Of a DNA stretch of 52,690 nt, positions 48,108 through 52,690 are shown piece after piece. The stretch is taken from the IMG/VR virus record IMGVR_UViG_3300020020_000040, positions 1 through 52,690 of that record; one strand, given 5' to 3'. Positions within the stretch are counted from its first letter, which is position 1, and every line of letters begins with the position of its first letter. This stretch comes from a virus. Its lineage: Duplodnaviria > Caudoviricetes. The position numbers and the translations under genes are program-made. A model generated the notes under the pieces. It saw nothing but the letters and a program-made list of their open reading frames with translations. It searched no databases and had not been told where the DNA came from.

Positions 48108-48922
48108 ACTTTCTCAAGAACAGCCGAATACACAGAGTCATACTGATTCGTCATGTTGTCACGAATCAAAGTCAGAATATCGATATTCTCGATAGTTGCC
48201 ATGGCACCAGTCGGCATGGCTTCGAAGAAACTGGCGGTTTGTTCCAGAATCTCGTCATAGGCACTGAGATTGTCCACGACATCGGTGACAACGCCATAGA
48301 CTTCCCGCATCAGTTGCTCGCTGGTCAGCCAGATGTTGCTTGGCACACGATACTCGACGCCATAAGGCTTCAAGCGACATGCACCAGCATTCCCATACAA
48401 CTCATTCCGACGGTCAGTCGGGTTGAGCATGGCCAAGGGAACACCAAGCATCAGATCCAGCACCCGAACCAGCTGCATCTTCTTCGCCAGATTCATCTGT
48501 ACGCCGATGTGGATATGACCACCAGCAGTGCGAAGATTGGTAGATGTGGCCGACGGGGCAGGATTCGGTTCCAACAGCCAAGCATTGAAGTCAGGATTGC
48601 AGCCAAACGTCTGCGCACCTTCCGTCTTCAACTCGCTGTCCGGGAACTCCAGAGCACTGACAATCCCAACATGCAGACCGTTCGGATTGGCGATCTTGTT
48701 GCGAACAAAATCCAACGCCTTGGTGTGGTTCGCAATCCACGCCTCGACATTGCTAGCCGGTGGGATGTTGAACTCCACCGTCACATTATCTTCGAGGTAG
48801 GCATAGTTGCCCTGCTTCAAGGGATTTTCTTTCGTCCCACCCACCAGTCCGACAGCCGATACAGGCTGGTCTGACGAATTGAGTAGGAACACTTCAGGGT
48901 CCGAACCAAGCAGAATCTTCAT
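48104..48922 (-). CDS. phiEco32-like COOH.NH2 ligase type 2
   Basis: GSDPEVF, EDNVTVEFN, FGCNPD, LRTAGGHIHIG, YGVEYR. Confidence 0.9.
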   Translation of the reverse strand: MKILLGSDPEVFLLNSSDQPVSAVGLVGGTKENPLKQGNYAYLEDNVTVEFNIPPASNVEAWIANHTKALDFVRNKIANPNGLHVGIVSALEFPDSELKTEGAQTFGCNPDFNAWLLEPNPAPSATSTNLRTAGGHIHIGVQMNLAKKMQLVRVLDLMLGVPLAMLNPTDRRNELYGNAGACRLKPYGVEYRVPSNIWLTSEQLMREVYGVVTDVVDNLSAYDEILEQTASFFEAMPTGAMATIENIDILTLIRDNMTNQYDSVYSAVLEKV

Positions 48923-48945
48923 ACTGTTTTATCCAGTAAAACGGT

Positions 48946-49581
48946 TTAGAGAATGAAACGATCGACGAGACTTTTGGTCAACTGACCCATGGGTGACGCC
49001 GGATTGCCGTACTCAGGATGATATTGCATCATCAGAGCACGAACGCGATCCTGCTCAAGAAAAGCAACTTCGACTTCAGGACGCTTGGTCTTTTCCTCGC
49101 CTTCAGCCGTCACATAGATATTGCTCAACGGCTCTTTCGATACCGCAATCACTTCCATCTTGTCCGATGGTTTCATCATTTGATGATGCGACGATGAAAC
49201 GCTGACAACGGAACCCTCTGCATATTCTTTGCAGATGTCCCGTGTCAGTACGATCGGATGATTGCCGTGACCATGCCCAGAGATATGCTGATACAGCGTA
49301 CCTCCAAGCATTGCACACAACAATTGCGCACCACGACAGACTCCAATCATGGGAATCTTCTTCGTGATGCATTCTTCGATCAGGGCACATTCGAAAATGT
49401 CCCTTGCTCGGTCTTGCTCTTGGCAAGCGACATTCTCATGTCCGTAGATTCCCGGATTGATGTCACTACCGCCCCAGAATACCAGGGCTTCGGGCTTGGT
49501 GTCCCTCAAATCCCTGATAGACCGGATGGTGGCCGAGTTCAGACCGAAATACTTGATTTGATAGAGTACCGATCCAATCAC
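48946..49581 (-). CDS. Class I glutamine amidotransferase / peptidase C26-like
   Basis: GGSDINP..YG, GVCRGAQ, SSHHQ, QYHPE catalytic triad. Confidence 0.9.
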   Translation of the reverse strand: MIGSVLYQIKYFGLNSATIRSIRDLRDTKPEALVFWGGSDINPGIYGHENVACQEQDRARDIFECALIEECITKKIPMIGVCRGAQLLCAMLGGTLYQHISGHGHGNHPIVLTRDICKEYAEGSVVSVSSSHHQMMKPSDKMEVIAVSKEPLSNIYVTAEGEEKTKRPEVEVAFLEQDRVRALMMQYHPEYGNPASPMGQLTKSLVDRFIL

Positions 49582-49790
49582 GAGATGTCCTTCGGCGTGT
49601 GAAACAGTTGCTTGATGTGGCCTTTGACGGTTTGGAACTCGTCACCAGTCATGAAGCGACCGATCTTGTAGGCCACATACTTCGGGCCATGCTCGAATCG
49701 CGTGTGGTTGTCGTATCCATCACCAACGAACACATCAACCGTTTTCCGATCGACCGTGCAGAAGTGGAACTCACCGATTTGATATTTCAT
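49578..49790 (-). CDS. Early hypothetical protein
   Basis: AAGG RBS; DVFVGDGYDNHTRF. Confidence 0.65.
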   Translation of the reverse strand: MKYQIGEFHFCTVDRKTVDVFVGDGYDNHTRFEHGPKYVAYKIGRFMTGDEFQTVKGHIKQLFHTPKDIS

Positions 49791-49799
49791 TGTTTAACC

Positions 49800-49952
49800 T
49801 TAGCAGGTAGGAGTATCACCAGCGGGTGCTGACGATGGGGCGGGAGTGGGCGCTGCCGGAAGTTCATCCTCTTGTTGCTTGGTCAAGAGCATGTAGAACT
49901 TCCTGCCCGTGGACTTGTCTACAACTTCCACGAATTTGGGGCTATCTGACAC
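49800..49952 (-). CDS. Small early protein (50 aa, below the ORF-track cutoff)
   Basis: AGGA RBS, GTG start, MSDSPKFVEVVDKSTGRKFYMLL...PAAPTPAP. Confidence 0.5.
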   Translation of the reverse strand: MSDSPKFVEVVDKSTGRKFYMLLTKQQEDELPAAPTPAPSSAPAGDTPTC

Positions 49953-50034
49953 GTTTTATCCTGTAAAATCCTCTAACACGCTTCATCGGGTGATAAAGCA
50001 CTATTGGAGCCTATGTTTCAAAGCCCCAATAATA

Positions 50035-50277
50035 CTACACTAGATGAATATTCGACTGCTCACCAGCCTTGAAGATGATGGAGCCATACGGCTTGCCAGC
50101 ATCTGCACGCGGAGGCAATTTGCCATGCGTACTCTTGGTCTTGAGCACATGGAAGATAACACCAGGACTGGCAGTTGTCAAGTCCTTTGCATAGGCATTT
50201 GCTGCAGCCTCTGCACTGACATCACCATCTGTCCAGACTTTCCGGACCGTGCCGGTCTCTTCAATTACTGCGAACAT
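50035..50277 (-). CDS. Early hypothetical protein
   Basis: AGGA RBS, 80 aa. Confidence 0.6.
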   Translation of the reverse strand: MFAVIEETGTVRKVWTDGDVSAEAAANAYAKDLTTASPGVIFHVLKTKSTHGKLPPRADAGKPYGSIIFKAGEQSNIHLV

Positions 50278-50429
50278 TGCTATTCATCCTGTCACAAATT
50301 TCTCGGGCCACATCCTGACATCTATTGTAGCAGCAACAGCGATTGCCGTTCTGGTCTACCAGATGCCACAGAACGTGTGGATCATATGCCACTTTGTATT
50401 GTAGCGATTGAAAATACAACGCACCAACA

Positions 50430-50705
50430 TCAGGAATCACTAGATTTCCCCAATTTAGCTGCTACTTCCTGCAGGTATTCTATTCGTGCTTGTGCTCTAA
50501 GAGATCGTAGATGGTCAAGCATTCTCTGCATCACATCCACACCATCCATGGTTTGTGTGTCCGGATCGTTGGCGATACCAATGCAGATATCGATCGCCCG
50601 TTCTAGCACCAAATCTCTGTCGGAGACTGGCCGACCCACTGCCAAAGCTTCAATTTCTTGGATCCACATCTGATTCGGCGCATCCATCGGTGTTGCTGGT
50701 CTCAT
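50430..50705 (-). CDS. Early hypothetical protein
   Basis: ATGA overlap with the upstream mini-gene. Confidence 0.55.
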   Translation of the reverse strand: MRPATPMDAPNQMWIQEIEALAVGRPVSDRDLVLERAIDICIGIANDPDTQTMDGVDVMQRMLDHLRSLRAQARIEYLQEVAAKLGKSSDS

Positions 50706-50830
50706 TTCATACATTCCTCAGCATGTTCTTCACCATCATCATACCCATCATAGTAGCCAGCCGACTGCCTGGGGTCCGTAGAAGTGCACGCACACAACAA
50801 CAGGTGGATAACTACTATGATGGTTCTCAT
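50702..50830 (-). CDS. Putative 42-aa lipoprotein
   Basis: GGAG RBS; MRTIIVVIHLLLCAC lipobox-like start followed by an acidic tail. Confidence 0.45.
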   Translation of the reverse strand: MRTIIVVIHLLLCACTSTDPRQSAGYYDGYDDGEEHAEECMK

Positions 50831-50923
50831 TCTGTACTCCGTTTTATCGGATAAAATACGCGGAGATGAGGACTGCAACAGACATCAACACGCTCACACG
50901 AAACACACAACGCTGTAGTACAG

Positions 50924-51055
50924 TCACCAGATTTCCACGTTTTTGTATCCTTGGGCGAGGAGCCTGGCTTTTGCTTCGGCTTTGTCCCACGCACGGACGG
51001 AGGTGTTGAACGTAACATTTTCTTGTGTGGTCACTGTTGCGGCGAAATCAGACAT
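50924..51055 (-). CDS. Small early protein (43 aa)
   Basis: GGAG RBS; MSDFAATVTTQENVTFNTSVRAWDKAEAKARLLAQGYKNVEIW. Confidence 0.5.
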   Translation of the reverse strand: MSDFAATVTTQENVTFNTSVRAWDKAEAKARLLAQGYKNVEIW

Positions 51056-51254
51056 CATCGTACTCCGTCAGAATCACGGCCGACTCAGGCTGCTCTTGAG
51101 CGTTCAGTGTCCAGATCAGAAACGAATCAACCAGCAAGCAGCCCAGCACGACAGCAGTGCCGGCACTCATCACGATCGACACTGCTCCGAGCATTGCCAT
51201 GATTGCGCCACATGCAACGCCAATCTCACGCGCGGGGTTTGTTTCAGTGAACAT
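51048..51254 (-). CDS. Small membrane protein (2 TM)
   Basis: AAGGA RBS; hydrophobic hairpin. Confidence 0.55.
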   Translation of the reverse strand: MFTETNPAREIGVACGAIMAMLGAVSIVMSAGTAVVLGCLLVDSFLIWTLNAQEQPESAVILTEYDDV

Positions 51255-51278
51255 GATATTTAAATCCTTGGGGTTGTT

Positions 51279-51449
51279 TTATCGAGTAAAACGGTCCGGC
51301 TCGCACCGATACACAGACTCGGCAATACGGAACTGGCCATTGCCATCACAACCAGCAATAACATGCTTCGCAACAGTGAAAACACCGGCGACGAACATAG
51401 TTCCGCCGACAATCACTGCAACAATGAACATAACAGCCGAGGTATTCAT
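51279..51449 (-). CDS. Small membrane protein (1 TM, two Cys)
   Basis: MNTSAVMFIVAVIVGGTMF...GC..GQF....YRC. Confidence 0.55.
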   Translation of the reverse strand: MNTSAVMFIVAVIVGGTMFVAGVFTVAKHVIAGCDGNGQFRIAESVYRCEPDRFTR

Positions 51450-51478
51450 TTTATCCAATAAAACTGTTTGAGAAACTT

Positions 51479-51534
51479 GCCAGACCCGGCATTGCACCGG
51501 GTTTCGACTGCGCGTTGGCAGTCTCGTCAGTGGC
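51479..51534 (-). ncRNA. Hammerhead ribozyme, type I
   Basis: Minus strand GCCA CUGACGA GACUGC-CAACGC-GCAGUC GAAA CCCGGU-GCAAU-GCCGGG UC^UGGC; complete core; GUC cleavage between 51483 and 51482. Confidence 0.9.
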
Positions 51535-51536
51535 TG

Positions 51537-52091
51537 TTAGGCTGCAGCAGTGGCAGGCTTGTCAATCTGCGCGGTAAGCGCTGCGATCAACTCGATAACA
51601 TAGTCCGGGCCCTTGGTCGCCAACAGATGCGCCGCATGTTTCTCGACAGTTTCGAGTGCAGCAGTAACATCAGTCAGATCAACAGCCACAGCAGCAGCTG
51701 TTACCTCGTCCTCGGCCGATTTCTGGGCTTTCGGCTCGACAGCTTCACCCTTCCAATTCACGGACAGGGATTTCAGGTACTTCGCAGCGTCCGAATAGAT
51801 CCCGGCACAGTTCCGACCCTCGACAGGCACGAAACCCTGGACCATCGCACCGAAGATCGCTTTCGCACGGCTGCTGTAGTTGTAGGCAGTCCCGAGAGCC
51901 GGCGAATCCTTGCGGACCTTGCTGAGCGTAGCTTGCGCTTCACCGAGAATCGCTTGCTTGCTCTCGACTGGCAGATCAGCAGCGATCAGTTCAGAAACCA
52001 TCCCTACCATCTGCTCGGCGACTGAGTCTTGTTCGGCCATCGACTTGTACAGTGCAACCAGCGCAGTGCTGTCATTGAAATTCATGCTCAC
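51537..52091 (-). CDS. Ala-rich helical early protein flanked by two ribozymes
   Basis: AAGGA RBS, GTG start, 184 aa. Confidence 0.75.
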   Translation of the reverse strand: MSMNFNDSTALVALYKSMAEQDSVAEQMVGMVSELIAADLPVESKQAILGEAQATLSKVRKDSPALGTAYNYSSRAKAIFGAMVQGFVPVEGRNCAGIYSDAAKYLKSLSVNWKGEAVEPKAQKSAEDEVTAAAVAVDLTDVTAALETVEKHAAHLLATKGPDYVIELIAALTAQIDKPATAAA

Positions 52092-52243
52092 TTTACGTTC
52101 CTTTCAGTTTTACCGGATAAAACCGGCGGAGTTTGTGTGGTACGATGCAAGACGCATCTTTCCCACGAGCCCTATCTTACCATGCCCATGTTGCTGCAAT
52201 GTGTCAAACAGGTAAGACTTTGTAACTAGAGTAACAGTTTGTA

Positions 52244-52300
52244 ACAGTGGTCTCATCGGCGTGGACACTATCCACGGACCCTCTCGCGAGGGTTTCGACC
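52244..52300 (-). ncRNA. Hammerhead ribozyme, type II (U4C core variant, pseudoknot)
   Basis: Minus strand GGUC GAAA CCCUC-GCGA-GAGGG UC^CGUGGA-UAGUG-UCCACG CCGAUGA GACC ACUG; loop I UAGU can pair with the 3' ACUG; cleavage between 52277 and 52276. Confidence 0.82.
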
Positions 52301-52302
52301 TC

Positions 52303-52542
52303 TTACTGCATAAAACTCAGACCAAACCTACGTTCAAGGTAGTCATGATAGGCTTGGACACCCGCATTGAAAGCCTGCAATTCTGCTTCGGGAATGTCCA
52401 GACCACGCATGATCGCTTGCCTCCGGCACTCGCTGTCGCGTTCGTTGATCTTGGCAATCTCTGACTTGATCGCGGGGCTGATGTCTTGGATGCGCACTTT
52501 GTACTCCTTGGACGGTTCCTGGGGGAGATCAGATAATCTCAT
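52303..52542 (-). CDS. First early gene, hypothetical protein
   Basis: 79 aa ORF ending 2 nt before the type II hammerhead. Confidence 0.55.
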   Translation of the reverse strand: MRLSDLPQEPSKEYKVRIQDISPAIKSEIAKINERDSECRRQAIMRGLDIPEAELQAFNAGVQAYHDYLERRFGLSFMQ

Positions 52543-52690
52543 AAATCGGGGGCAGAATCCAATGATATTACACTATGGACACTGCAAGGAGGATAGTATT
52601 GTAAGTTTTACTGGATAAAATAGGGGGCTAGAGCATGGGGCTATATACAAATGGGGGCTGTGTTAGTGTGTACTAACTTGTTGATAGCCC

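Larger units (their letters stand above)
46618..52620. repeat. Dispersed palindrome TTTTA-N5-TAAAA (dense cluster of 8 of the 13 copies)
   Basis: Copies start at 46618, 48927, 49954, 50842, 51277, 51449, 52108, 52606; others at 2816, 34140, 36630, 41502, 42951. Confidence 0.85.

Noticed and set aside
48020-48874. 284-aa plus-strand ORF and similar long antisense ORFs (4160-5011, 5622-6365, 50044-50673)
   Set aside because: They lie opposite well-supported genes and show no motifs
49975-50030. Third hammerhead (CCGAUGA and GAAA present on the minus strand)
   Set aside because: Stems I-III cannot be formed around the core; better explained as a simple long hairpin
52174-52207. Minus-strand sigma70 promoter TTGACA...TAAGAT
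   Set aside because: Spacer is 22 bp; only an extended -10 remains possible, so it is not called as a feature
46618-52620. Palindromes as CsrA/RsmA GGA-loop hairpins or as a CRISPR array
   Set aside because: Only some copies have GGA on the mRNA strand, orientation is mixed, spacing is irregular and no cas genes are present

Overview
The window looks like a complete or near-complete genome of a lytic, podovirus-like dsDNA tailed phage. A Gram-negative proteobacterial host is inferred from the sigma70 consensus promoters, a lambda-type lysozyme and a PagP-like beta-barrel. The genome has two convergent arms that meet at a bidirectional terminator near 28.16-28.20 kb. The + arm (0.6-28.1 kb) carries terminase, portal, GroES, scaffold, capsid, glycan-binding/degrading appendage genes, lysis genes, tail/neck genes and large ejection proteins. 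The - arm (52.5-28.2 kb) carries small early genes, an amidoligase/ATP-grasp/glutamine-amidotransferase cluster, primase, a PagP-like plus LuxI/FeeM-like acyltransferase pair, ThyX, helicase, a split family A DNA polymerase, nucleases, class Ia RNR and MazG. I saw no integrase, repressor, RNA polymerase, tRNA or CRISPR array. The most notable items are: (1) two hammerhead ribozymes that bracket one early gene and could excise, and possibly circularise, a 794-nt mRNA; (2) a TTTTA-YYSRR-TAAAA palindrome in 13 copies whose density rises toward the early end; (3) a long, highly structured non-coding leader behind a perfect sigma70 promoter upstream of the terminase; (4) a phage-encoded outer-membrane acyltransferase plus N-acyltransferase pair; (5) a primase whose zinc finger has no canonical start codon. 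All protein calls come from motif recognition by eye; no database searches were run.
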